Source of the DNA: Alkalispirochaeta sp.
Lineage (GTDB): Bacteria; Spirochaetota; Spirochaetia; DSM-27196; Alkalispirochaetaceae
Length of the DNA: 53,164 bases
Assembly (NCBI GenBank): GCA_965242725.1
Contig: CBDESZ010000008.1
Span: 1-53,164, forward strand
Direction: 5' to 3'
The notes under the pieces were generated by a model. That model was not told where the DNA came from, ran no database searches, and saw only the letters and a list, made by a program, of their open reading frames with translations. A program made the position numbers and the translations under genes. Of this stretch, positions 22,423 through 31,647 are shown piece by piece; the first letter of the stretch is position 1; each line of letters begins with the position of its first letter.

Positions 22423-23193
22423 TCAGGAAATACCGAAAAATGTGCAGCTGTTCCGGTACAGCTGTTCCGCCAGCTCCTCGACCGGGATACCCCGCAGCTG
22501 GGCAAGGAATTTGGCCGTCTCCGGAAGATAGACCGGACGGTTTCGCTGTCCCCGATGAGAGGCGGGTACCATAAAGGGCGCTTCGCTTTCGATGAGCATG
22601 CGATCAAGGGGCATGTTGCGTGCCGTCTCATGGAGATTACGGGCATTCCGGTAGGTTACGTTGCCGGCAAAAGAGATATAGACGGGCAGCTCCAGCGCCT
22701 TTTGGGCGTAGGCCCAGTCTTCGGAATAGCAGTGAAGGACGGCTCCCTTTGCGGGTATCTTTTCACGAAGTATTTCAAGAATGTCCGACCCGGCGTCGCG
22801 ATTGTGAATGACCACGGGCTTGTCGATACGGGACGCCAGTTCGAGCTGTCGAATGAACAGTTCGATCTGAGAATCCTTGTCCCCGAATTTGCGGTAATAG
22901 TCGAGACCCGTTTCTCCGATGGCGACGACGCGGGGAAGAGATATCCCCCGTTCCACCTGGCTTTCCCAGTCCTTGCCCGGGTTGGTCACCTCCGAAGGCG
23001 AAACCCCGACGGCGAAGTAGACGTTGGATGCCGTCTTCAGGCTTTCATAGAGGTCAAAGAAATCCCGCACGTTATTGCAGATGCTGAGGATTCCGTCGAT
23101 GTTTTCATGTCGGGCCTCTTGGGCCACTATGAGCTGCTCAATAGGGTCTTCGTCGATCAACCCTATGTGAGCATGAGTATCAAATAGTCTCAT
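22423..23193 (-). CDS. tatD: TatD family hydrolase/DNase
   Basis: FDTHAH, AIGETGLDYY, VIHNRDA, VLHCYS and LIESEAPF (Glu where TatD usually has TDxP); start ATG 23193. Confidence 0.92.
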   Translation of the reverse strand: MRLFDTHAHIGLIDEDPIEQLIVAQEARHENIDGILSICNNVRDFFDLYESLKTASNVYFAVGVSPSEVTNPGKDWESQVERGISLPRVVAIGETGLDYYRKFGDKDSQIELFIRQLELASRIDKPVVIHNRDAGSDILEILREKIPAKGAVLHCYSEDWAYAQKALELPVYISFAGNVTYRNARNLHETARNMPLDRMLIESEAPFMVPASHRGQRNRPVYLPETAKFLAQLRGIPVEELAEQLYRNSCTFFGIS

Positions 23194-23274
23194 ACTGATT
23201 ATACCAAAAAAGGAAATACGTCCGTGTGGACGAGTTAAAAATAGCACCGGGGTCATAATACGTCAAGGTATTCT

Positions 23275-23342
23275 TTGAAAGAGTGGATAGTTTTTGGTAT
23301 AATTCTATACAGATTGACGCCGATAATTAGTTGTGGTATCGT
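23275..23342 (+). promoter_or_regulatory. Stacked promoters of the M23 operon (two sigma70-like, one sigma28-like)
   Basis: TTGAAA(23275)-N17-TATAAT(23298); TAAT(23300)-N15-GCCGATAA(23319-23326); TTGACG(23314)-N17-TATCGT(23337). Confidence 0.6.
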
Positions 23343-23360
23343 GATTAACGAGGAGCATTA

Positions 23361-24380
23361 GTGGGAGCACCGAAGGTTCGCCGGGAACGCACCGGAACGA
23401 AGAAAAATAATATCCAGCGCAAAAAAGGACCATTTCGCACCTTCTGGCGTCTTTTGACGCAGCGCTTTACCATCATGTTTATTCCTCATTCCGACCGCAA
23501 TGTGGTGAATTTTCACATAAATGCGCTGGTATTGCTCTTTGCGGTGGGACTGTTTGCCGTCGTCCTCGGCGGTTTTATCTATCTCTCGAGCATTCATATC
23601 GGAACGACCGCAATTGTCGAACAACAGGAAACAAAGGCGGTTGCCTCCCAGGCCAATCTCGATTCAGTTCTTTCTGAAGTTGGAAATCTCCTCAGCGTTG
23701 CACGTTCATTCGATGAAGAGCTTGTCGATACGATCAACAACCTCGGAATTCAGCGCCCCAACGAGACGGCTCCCGCCGCGGTTTCCCGTGGTGATCTGTC
23801 GTCCTTCTTCGACATTCAGGCGGTGGAGGACGGCCAGAGTCGGGAGGTCCAGGAGCTGCGCCAACTGGCGTCTACATTGCAGAGCGCCGTCAATCCCCTG
23901 CGGGAGATTCGGGCGGTTCTCGATTCGCAGCAGGCATTTCTGACGGATCTTCCCAACTACTGGCCCGTCGCAAACGGCATGGGCAGGGTGACGATGGAGT
24001 TCGGTCCCAATATTCACCCCATAACCGGCCAGTGGTATCTGCACAAGGGAATCGATATCGCCGGAGCGCCGGGACTGCCCGTGGTGGCGAGCGCCAACGG
24101 GAAAGTGGTTGAAATGGGGTATGACCCGGGATACGGATTGTACGTCTTCCTTCGCCACAAGTACGGTTTCAGGACGCGGTATTCCCACATGCAGAGCATT
24201 GCGGTCACCGAGGGACAGGACGTCGTTCAGGGTGAGCGTATCGGCCTTCTCGGTAATACGGGGATTTCAACGGGACCGCATCTCGACTTTATCGTCATGC
24301 TTGGTACGGACGTCGTTGACCCGGCGGTATTTCTCAAAATCACCAACTCCTTTGACCGCGGCGGTATCGGAACCCGCTGA
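23361..24380 (+). CDS. M23 family metallopeptidase (membrane anchor plus coiled coil)
   Basis: QRFTIMFIPHS N-terminus, TM, coiled coil, HKGIDIAG, TRYSHM and GNTGISTGPHLDF. Confidence 0.92.
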   Translation: MGAPKVRRERTGTKKNNIQRKKGPFRTFWRLLTQRFTIMFIPHSDRNVVNFHINALVLLFAVGLFAVVLGGFIYLSSIHIGTTAIVEQQETKAVASQANLDSVLSEVGNLLSVARSFDEELVDTINNLGIQRPNETAPAAVSRGDLSSFFDIQAVEDGQSREVQELRQLASTLQSAVNPLREIRAVLDSQQAFLTDLPNYWPVANGMGRVTMEFGPNIHPITGQWYLHKGIDIAGAPGLPVVASANGKVVEMGYDPGYGLYVFLRHKYGFRTRYSHMQSIAVTEGQDVVQGERIGLLGNTGISTGPHLDFIVMLGTDVVDPAVFLKITNSFDRGGIGTR

Positions 24381-24397
24381 GCACCCTTTTACAGGCA

Positions 24398-24889
24398 ATG
24401 GCTTCAATAGAGAACACATTAGTAAACTCGATCGTCGGTGCCGGGACGTTCTTCAAGGGCACCATCGTCGTCTCCGGGCTTCTGCGCGTGGACGGTGACT
24501 TCAGAGGCGCCATACAGACAGACGGTCGCGTCATCATCGGAAGGGGCGGGCGCGCCGATTGTACTATCGACGCCGCGATCGTCGTCATCGGCGGTGTCTT
24601 TCGCGGCACCATTTACGCTCGTGACAAGGTCATTGCCCTTGAAACCGCCATCGTCGCCGGAAACATATACAGCCCCCGCCTCATTGCGGAATCGGGAGTC
24701 ATTCTCGACGGGGCGTTGCATATCAAGAGTGAACACGCAAAAGGGGACCAGCCGACACCGGACCGCGTGGAAGGAATCGAGTCGTCTCCTGCCGCAATGC
24801 CCCGGGCGACGAGAAGACGGTCCGGACGGCGACGGCGTGCGGTGCCGCTGGCGGAACGGGAAGAGGTTGACGAGGGAGAGCGGCGGTAA
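24398..24889 (+). CDS. Bactofilin (polymer-forming cytoskeletal protein)
   Basis: SIVGAGTFFKGTIVVSGLLRVDGDFRGAI...VVIGGVFRGTI...GVILDG beta-helix pattern; basic C-terminal tail. Confidence 0.9.
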   Translation: MASIENTLVNSIVGAGTFFKGTIVVSGLLRVDGDFRGAIQTDGRVIIGRGGRADCTIDAAIVVIGGVFRGTIYARDKVIALETAIVAGNIYSPRLIAESGVILDGALHIKSEHAKGDQPTPDRVEGIESSPAAMPRATRRRSGRRRRAVPLAEREEVDEGERR

Positions 24890-25389
24890 TGGAACCGATA
24901 CGGAGCGATTCCAAGCGCGGCGTCGATCGACGGCCGCGGTCACGGAGCTCACTCCACGAGACGGCTGGTGAAGGTTTTGCCCGGCGTCTTGAACAGCCGG
25001 CGGCTGAATCGGATGCATCGCACCTCGACCCCATCGATCCGTCGGTCCTGGCCGACCTGCCACCCATAGATGCTCCCGTTCAGCGTCTGTACGACGCGGT
25101 GCATGAAGCGGGACAGCGTCTTCTCCAGGAGCGGACCTATTCGGCGACACAGCATTACCGTGAGAGCATCCGGCGCTTTCTGCGGAAGGTTCTGCCCGAC
25201 GCCAACACGATCGTTGTACAGGAATCACACAAGGATATTCTCACGCGGAAGCGATACTATCTGGTCACTTCAATAAACCGGTCCGTTGACAGGCTGGTAA
25301 CGGGATTATTGCAGACGCAAAGCCAACAACTGGATATACTACATCGTCTTGAAGAAATCGAAGGAATGCTGGTCGACTTAATGCAGTGA
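24889..25389 (+). CDS. YaaR/DUF327 family protein
   Basis: YRESIRRFL...INRSVDRLV...QLDILHRLEEIEGMLVDL pattern; TAATG coupling. Confidence 0.75.
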   Translation: MEPIRSDSKRGVDRRPRSRSSLHETAGEGFARRLEQPAAESDASHLDPIDPSVLADLPPIDAPVQRLYDAVHEAGQRLLQERTYSATQHYRESIRRFLRKVLPDANTIVVQESHKDILTRKRYYLVTSINRSVDRLVTGLLQTQSQQLDILHRLEEIEGMLVDLMQ

Positions 25390-26300
25390 CCGGACTCACT
25401 ATCCGGAGTGTATATATGGAAATAATGGTACGAAATGCCCACAGTCGGGAAACCGATATTGGAGAAACGGGTCCGTTGACCGTTTCAAAGGGCGATACGG
25501 TTGTATACAGGGGACGATACGGACTGGATCTCGGCGTCATCCTCGGCCCCGTATCGGACGAGGTTCGGGGAAAATACAAACAGGTATACGATATCGATCG
25601 GGTCGCCGTTGAATCCGATTTGACGCGATTTGAGGAACAGGAGCGCGAATCCGGTGCGATCCTTCAGACGTGCAAGGAGCGGGTCGAGACGCATAATCTC
25701 GACATGCGTATCGTCAGTGCCCACTTTCTGCTTGATAGAAGCAAATTGATCGTCTTCTTTGTTTCGGAACACCGCGTGGACTTCAGGGAGCTCGTACGGG
25801 ATCTGGTAAATGAATTCCACGTTCGCGTGGAGCTCCGTCAGATCGGCGTCCGCGATGAAACGCGGGTTCTTGGCGGCATCGGAATATGCGGGCGACGGAT
25901 CTGCTGCAACGGAGTCTCCGATCGCCTCGCACCGGTCTCGATACGGATGGCGAAGGATCAGAATTACTCCCTCAACTCCATGAAGGTCTCAGGTCCCTGC
26001 GGCCGCCTGTTATGCTGCCTCTCCTATGAACATTCGTTCTATCAGGAAGAACGGAGAAACTTTCCCCGGGAAGGGGCACTGGTTGATGTCGAGGGGGATA
26101 CCTTCCGCGTCCAGGAGATCAATATTCTCAGCGGACAGATCCGCATGTCCGGACCCGAGGGGCGGTACATCTCCCTGCCCATTTGCGCCTTTCTGCGACA
26201 ATCGGCACCGGGCAGGCAGAGCGGAAAAAGACGAAGTGTTGAATGGCTCGTCAAGACTGAGAACTGTCCCGCCGTGCGTACTGCAGTCGATACAGCGTAG
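25386..26300 (+). CDS. ricT: PSP1/RicT (YaaT) Fe-S regulatory protein
   Basis: RVDFRELVRDL, RVELRQIGVRDE, GICGRRICC and KVSGPCGRLLCCLSYE. Confidence 0.88.
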   Translation: MTGLTIRSVYMEIMVRNAHSRETDIGETGPLTVSKGDTVVYRGRYGLDLGVILGPVSDEVRGKYKQVYDIDRVAVESDLTRFEEQERESGAILQTCKERVETHNLDMRIVSAHFLLDRSKLIVFFVSEHRVDFRELVRDLVNEFHVRVELRQIGVRDETRVLGGIGICGRRICCNGVSDRLAPVSIRMAKDQNYSLNSMKVSGPCGRLLCCLSYEHSFYQEERRNFPREGALVDVEGDTFRVQEINILSGQIRMSGPEGRYISLPICAFLRQSAPGRQSGKRRSVEWLVKTENCPAVRTAVDTA

Positions 26301-28350
26301 CGTAGAGGGAGTTCCGTTTCAGCAACGTCGCGTGGTCTCCCGTTTCAACGGCTTTCCCGTGGGACATCACCACGATGCGGTCCGCGTGCTGTATGGTAGA
26401 GAGGCGGTGGGCTACGACGAGGGATGTGCGTCCGCCGGTAACCGTGTCCACCGCGTGCTGCAGTTTTCGTTCCGTTTCACTGTCGATGCTGGAGGTTGCC
26501 TCGTCAAGAATCAGCACCGGCGGATTGTGAAGGAGAACCCTGGCAAAGGCGAGCAGCTGCTGTTGCCCCGCCGACAGGTTGGCGCCCCGTTCATGGAGGC
26601 GGGTATTCAATCCGTCGGGGAGCGTTGAAATGAAGTCGGCGATCTGTACCGTTTCACAGGCCTTCCATATCTCCTCGTCCGATGCGGTGATACCAAGGGT
26701 GAGGTTGTCCCTGATCGTATCGTCGAAGAGAAAGACATCCTGCTGTATCTGCTGAACCGTGCGACGGAGTTCCTTCAGAGAGTATTCCCGCAGATCCACA
26801 CCGTCCAGCCGTATCGTCCCCCTGTCGATATCCCACAGCCGGGTGAGAAGATTGATGATCGTCGTCTTTCCCGCACCGGTATATCCGACGATTGCGACCA
26901 TTTCACCGGGGGCGACTTCCAGTGAGAGATCACGAATGACCGGTTCACCCTCCTTGTATGCAAAAGATACGTGGTCGAATGAAATCGCGCCGCCGAACGT
27001 GTTTCGATCGATTGTGCGCGTTCCCGTATCGGGTATCCGCCGGTCATCATCGAGAAGTGAAAAGACCCGCTCGCTTCCCGCCATCGCGCTCTGGAGGACG
27101 GTAAACTGCTCGGAAATATTCATCACCGGCATGTAAAAACGGCGAATGAGATTGGTAAAGGCGATGAGAACGCCGATGGATACGAGTTCCATTTCCAGAA
27201 GGCTGGCGCCGAAGTATATGACCACCGCCGTAGAGAGGGTTGCCATGAAGTCCACGATCGGCCTGAAAACGGCAAAGACGTACATTTCCGACAGATTTGC
27301 CTTGAGAAGATCTTCACCGCGCTGGCGAAACTCCGTTCTGCTCCGGTTTTGCTGGACAAACAGCTGTACGATGGACATTCCCGAGATGTACTCGGAAAGA
27401 TAGGCGTTGACGGCACTTACCGCGTGACGGACCTTCCTGAAAGCTTCCCGGGCCATGCGTCTGAAAACTTCGGTGATGAGAATGACGGGAATCATCGTGG
27501 TGAGTACGATCGCCGCAAGCCGGGCGTTGAGGGAAAACATGGTAATGACGACCGCCGCCATGAGTCCGATATTCCTCGCCATTTGGGACATGACGGAGGA
27601 GAAAAACTCGTTGATCGTCTCAACGTCATTGGTCACCCGGGTCACCAGCCGTCCCACCGCCTGATTGCCGAGAAATCCCAGGCTTTGATGGATCGTGTGG
27701 TGAAAGAGGCTCAGACGGAGCCGTTTCATCACCAGCTGACCGGTGTACGCCGTCAGGTAGACCTGTCCGAAGCTTCCAAGCAATGCCCCGAAGATGATGA
27801 GGAGAAATATGAGGCTGTTCTTCCGCACGTCGGAGACGCTATCCTGCCGCAACAGGAGGCGCTGTTCTTTGGACAATTCCGATTGTGCCGTTGCCGGCAG
27901 AACGACGTGTTCTCCGTCGGAGGCAATTATCTGTCCCGAAAGGCGGGAAGAGAGATCGGCGTTCCCTTCGACGATTTCACGTCGCACGATGATATACCGT
28001 GTGTCGTCGAGACTGCCCGCGGCGATGAGAGCACGCCGCTCGTCCCGTCCGACGTGGCTCAACAGCTCTTCCCTGATGTAGGTTTGTTCCTGAATCGTTC
28101 GCCGCGCGGGAGTGACGGGAAAGCGATCGGCCTCCTCAGGTGCGACGGCAACGCGGTAATCGAGGATGGCGTGGTCCACCGTGCGTTGAATCATCACGGG
28201 AATGAGCATTTCTCCAACCGTCGCGACGACCAACGACACCATCGCCGCAACGACATACCATTTATAGGGAGCCGCAAAAGAGGCGAGACGTCGAACGATG
28301 CGGGGATTGTATTTGGTGATGACCTTTTCGTCCTGCTGATGGTGAATCAT
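26251..28350 (-). CDS. ABC exporter subunit (TMD+NBD) with consensus Walker B/H-loop
   Basis: GYTGAGKTT, LSAGQQQ, LILDEATSSID and AHRLSTI; ~110 aa extracytoplasmic insertion after TM1. Confidence 0.92.
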   Translation of the reverse strand: MIHHQQDEKVITKYNPRIVRRLASFAAPYKWYVVAAMVSLVVATVGEMLIPVMIQRTVDHAILDYRVAVAPEEADRFPVTPARRTIQEQTYIREELLSHVGRDERRALIAAGSLDDTRYIIVRREIVEGNADLSSRLSGQIIASDGEHVVLPATAQSELSKEQRLLLRQDSVSDVRKNSLIFLLIIFGALLGSFGQVYLTAYTGQLVMKRLRLSLFHHTIHQSLGFLGNQAVGRLVTRVTNDVETINEFFSSVMSQMARNIGLMAAVVITMFSLNARLAAIVLTTMIPVILITEVFRRMAREAFRKVRHAVSAVNAYLSEYISGMSIVQLFVQQNRSRTEFRQRGEDLLKANLSEMYVFAVFRPIVDFMATLSTAVVIYFGASLLEMELVSIGVLIAFTNLIRRFYMPVMNISEQFTVLQSAMAGSERVFSLLDDDRRIPDTGTRTIDRNTFGGAISFDHVSFAYKEGEPVIRDLSLEVAPGEMVAIVGYTGAGKTTIINLLTRLWDIDRGTIRLDGVDLREYSLKELRRTVQQIQQDVFLFDDTIRDNLTLGITASDEEIWKACETVQIADFISTLPDGLNTRLHERGANLSAGQQQLLAFARVLLHNPPVLILDEATSSIDSETERKLQHAVDTVTGGRTSLVVAHRLSTIQHADRIVVMSHGKAVETGDHATLLKRNSLYATLYRLQYARRDSSQS

Positions 28351-30101
28351 GAGACCTCGTCAGCCTCCCGTTGCTGCAACTGATAGATCTCCTGGTAGAG
28401 ACCCCGTACACCGATAAGCGACTCGTGGGTACCCTCCTGAGTGATCATTCCATTTTCAAGTACGATGATGTGGTCTGCGTGCTGGAGCGTGGCAACGCGG
28501 TTTGACACGATAATGGTGGTGCGATCCTGTCGCAGCTCCGTGATTCCGCCGAGAATTTTCTTTTCCGTCTCCGCATCCACCGCGGAGAGGGGATCGTCAA
28601 ACATCAATATCGGCGGATCTTTGAGAATTGCCCGGGCGATTGCAATGCGCTGGCGCTGGCCGCCGGAGAGGGTGACTCCCCGCTCTCCAACGACTGTATT
28701 CCAGCCGTGGGGAAACTCGTCTATGTCATTGTCCAGCGCCGCAAGGCGGCCCGCTCTGACGACTTCTTCGTCCGATGCCGACGGCACGGCGAATCGTATG
28801 TTGTCGGCCACCGTCGCGGAAAAAAGAAAGTTCGATTGAGGAACCAGTCCGAAGGCGGAACGCAACGTATCGAGGTGAAAGCGGTGTATGTCGGTGCCGC
28901 CTATTGAAATTGTCCCCTCCGGCGGATTGAGCAGGCGGGGCAGCAGGTCCAGGAGCGTGCTCTTTCCGCTTCCGGTTCTCCCGATGATACCAAGGGTCGT
29001 TCCTTCAGGTATGGTGACGGAAATGTCTTTCAGCACCTCCGTTGAGTTTTCGGATTGGGAGTCGGAATGGGAAAAGGTGAGGGAGCGAATTTCGATGTCC
29101 CCGGATACCCCCGTCGTTATTGCACCTGGAGGCGACACGATATCCGCCGGTGTCGACAGGATTTCGTTGATACGGCTTAACGATGCGGCGCCCCGCTGCA
29201 GCATATTTACGGTAAATCCCGCCCCCATCATCGGCCAGATCAGCATCTGGAGATAGCTGAGCGTCGCGACGAAATCACCTGCGGTGATTTCACCCGCGAT
29301 CAACGCTTCCCCTCCGAACCACAGGAGCATGAGCAGCGTAATACCCGAAAGAAAGGTGACCAGGGGAAAAAAGAGCCCCCAGATGCGGACGAGACGCATG
29401 TTCTGACGCTGATAGTGAGTGTTGGCCTCGCCGAATCGTTTCAGGAAATAGTGTTCCTTTACAAAGACCTGGACGACGCGGATCCCGCTGAAAACCTCCT
29501 GGGCCTGTTCGCTCAGACGGGAAAATCCCTCCTGCACCGCTTTGAAGAGGTGTCCGATACGGGTGCCGAGGACGATGAGGGAGATCGTTATCACCGGGAG
29601 GGGCAGCACGGTAAAGAGCGCGAGCCGCGGATTCTGTCGAAAGAGGATAATAAGAATCGCCAGCGTCATGAAAAGGCCGTCCACAAAGGCGACAAGCGCC
29701 ATCCCGACGGCGACACGCACGGCATTGAGGTCGTTGGTCCCCCGCGCCATGAGATCTCCCGTCTTTGTGGATTGATAGTAGCTGCGGGACAGCTTCAGAA
29801 GGTGATCATAGAGCCTGTTGCGGAGATCGTTTTCTATCCGCCGGCTCGCGCCGTGAATGAAATAGCGCCACCCAAGCCGTCCGGCGCCGATGACCACCGC
29901 CGTACCGACCATTTGCACCATCAGGACGAGAATCCGCCCGGTGACGACGCCGCCCCCGGATATGATGTCCACCGCCGTACCGACAAACCACGGAATGAGC
30001 AGCTGGGAACCGCTGGTGACGATGAGGGAAAGGATGCCGAATATATATTTCCAGCGATACCGCCGAATATAGGGACTTAGTGTGCGTATTTCCCGTATCA
30101 C
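28347..30101 (-). CDS. ABC exporter subunit (TMD+NBD) with degenerate Walker B/H-loop
   Basis: GRTGSGKST, LSGGQRQRIAIAR, LMFDDPLSAVD and SNRV. The likely start is GTG 30101 overlapping the upstream TGA (track start 30122). Confidence 0.92.
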   Translation of the reverse strand: MIREIRTLSPYIRRYRWKYIFGILSLIVTSGSQLLIPWFVGTAVDIISGGGVVTGRILVLMVQMVGTAVVIGAGRLGWRYFIHGASRRIENDLRNRLYDHLLKLSRSYYQSTKTGDLMARGTNDLNAVRVAVGMALVAFVDGLFMTLAILIILFRQNPRLALFTVLPLPVITISLIVLGTRIGHLFKAVQEGFSRLSEQAQEVFSGIRVVQVFVKEHYFLKRFGEANTHYQRQNMRLVRIWGLFFPLVTFLSGITLLMLLWFGGEALIAGEITAGDFVATLSYLQMLIWPMMGAGFTVNMLQRGAASLSRINEILSTPADIVSPPGAITTGVSGDIEIRSLTFSHSDSQSENSTEVLKDISVTIPEGTTLGIIGRTGSGKSTLLDLLPRLLNPPEGTISIGGTDIHRFHLDTLRSAFGLVPQSNFLFSATVADNIRFAVPSASDEEVVRAGRLAALDNDIDEFPHGWNTVVGERGVTLSGGQRQRIAIARAILKDPPILMFDDPLSAVDAETEKKILGGITELRQDRTTIIVSNRVATLQHADHIIVLENGMITQEGTHESLIGVRGLYQEIYQLQQREADEVS

Positions 30102-30847
30102 GTCAGGCCGGCCTTTCTCCACTCCTCTATGGCGGTTGCGATCGAATTCTGTGCGTCCGTAAGCTGTGCGATGAGTTCACCTTTTGTCCGTGCCGGGGGG
30201 TATTGTCGGGCTACGGCAAATCTGATCTCCTGACCGCGGTTAAGGCGCGTAAGGTCCTGCATGCGCGCAAATCGCCACCCCCCGTCAACGGCAACGGCAA
30301 CGATGGGCAACCCCTGGGCACCGTGAATCCTGCGTACCGCTCCGCTGTGAAAGGGACGCACCTGTCCGTCCCGGGAGCGGGTGCCTTCCGGAAAAATGAC
30401 AGCCCCTTCAAGGGGGCGGATCGTACGGCCCAGACGTTCGATCTGGCGCATCGCCGTCCCGAAGTCACCGCGACGGCTGATGAGGGCGTGACGCTGGACT
30501 CTCAACACCCGGGATACCGCCGGAAACCATCGTCCCAGTTCCTTTTTTGCGACGAACCTGACCGTATGTCGCTTGAAGGCCGCCATAATAGCGATGATGT
30601 CTATGACGCTCTGATGGTTTGATACAACGAGGATTTTTTCCGGCAGCGTATCTTCATCCAGGTCGACCTTCAGTTTGAGATCCACGGTGAAGCGGGCTAT
30701 TGAAAAGAGCTTCCGCGCCCGGGACGGGACTTCCCGGTCCATGGCCCGTCGCGCCCAGTTCCAGCTTATGGATATTCGGATCTTGTCGATGAGGTCCCAC
30801 CAGATGAGTCTCGAAAATACGAGTATAAACAGTAGATACGCCCTCAT
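30098..30847 (-). CDS. PlsC-like lysophospholipid acyltransferase
   Basis: SNHQSVID, FVAKKEL and IFPEGTRSRDG. Confidence 0.9.
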   Translation of the reverse strand: MRAYLLFILVFSRLIWWDLIDKIRISISWNWARRAMDREVPSRARKLFSIARFTVDLKLKVDLDEDTLPEKILVVSNHQSVIDIIAIMAAFKRHTVRFVAKKELGRWFPAVSRVLRVQRHALISRRGDFGTAMRQIERLGRTIRPLEGAVIFPEGTRSRDGQVRPFHSGAVRRIHGAQGLPIVAVAVDGGWRFARMQDLTRLNRGQEIRFAVARQYPPARTKGELIAQLTDAQNSIATAIEEWRKAGLT

Positions 30848-30924
30848 TGTCCGTGTAGACTACCCGAAAGGGTGCGCAATGTTAACCGCGTTCTTCCATC
30901 CCGGTCGCGGAACAGCCCTTTTCG

Positions 30925-30953
30925 TTGACACCAATATCGTTTTTTGCTACCGT
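30925..30953 (+). promoter_or_regulatory. sigma70-like promoter of rpsT-hup
   Basis: TTGACA(30925-30930)-N17-TACCGT(30948-30953), with extended TG. Confidence 0.55.
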
Positions 30954-30993
30954 CTCGTTTTGATACATACAAAGGTCCAGGAGGATAAATTCT

Positions 30994-31260
30994 TTGATAG
31001 TCAAAGGTTCCGCAGCAAAGCGGTTTCGACAGAGTGAAAAGCAGCGTATCCGGAACAAGTCGGTACGCAGTCAGGTAAGAACCAGCGCCAAGAAAGTACT
31101 CGACGCCGTCAACACAAACAACGGTGAAGAAGCGGAGCAGGCATTTCGCGCGTACGTGAAACTTCTTGATACGGCGGCGCAAAAAGGCGTCTATCATCCC
31201 AATACGGCGGGCCGCAAAAAGTCCCGGATGGCCCATAAGGTAAACGCGATCCAGGCGTAA
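30994..31260 (+). CDS. rpsT: 30S ribosomal protein S20
   Basis: SAAKRFRQSEKQRIRNKSVRS...KGVYHPNTAGRKKSRM; GGAGG Shine-Dalgarno, TTG start. Confidence 0.96.
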   Translation: MIVKGSAAKRFRQSEKQRIRNKSVRSQVRTSAKKVLDAVNTNNGEEAEQAFRAYVKLLDTAAQKGVYHPNTAGRKKSRMAHKVNAIQA

Positions 31261-31278
31261 CGCCTGGGTGGAGGGCAC

Positions 31279-31581
31279 GTGCCTGATTCTAAGCTTACAA
31301 AAGCCGAAATTGTTGAACGCATTGGTGAACAGACCGACGTCAGCAGAAAGGACATTCACGCGATTGTGGATGCCTTTTTTGCGGAGGTGAAGGATGCTCT
31401 GATGGACGACAAGGTCGTTGAGTTTCGAGGTTTCGGCACCTTTGAAATCAGGACGCGCAAGGGCCGCAAACATGCCCGCAATCCCAAAACGGGTGAGCAG
31501 GTCACCGTACAGAACCACGGTGTCGTCGTTTTTCGCCCGGGAAAAGAACTGAAGGAGTCCAGTTGGCACCTTCGCAGCTGA
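31279..31581 (+). CDS. hup: HU/IHF family DNA-binding protein (Hbb-like)
   Basis: LTKAEIV, VEFRGFGTFEIR, ARNPKTGE and VVFRPGKELK. Confidence 0.93.
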   Translation: MPDSKLTKAEIVERIGEQTDVSRKDIHAIVDAFFAEVKDALMDDKVVEFRGFGTFEIRTRKGRKHARNPKTGEQVTVQNHGVVVFRPGKELKESSWHLRS

Positions 31582-31647
31582 TGTTTCGACTCGGAGTATC
31601 ACCTGGCGCAGGCTGGACAATTCACCCGTACCGCCTGACAGACAATT

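Noticed and set aside
22339..23187. Long antisense ORFs (also 27349..28383, 30844..31620, 36006..36890, 49653..50636, 4675..5568 and others)
   Set aside because: They shadow well-supported genes on the opposite strand. This is expected from codon bias at high GC, and they show no recognisable motifs.
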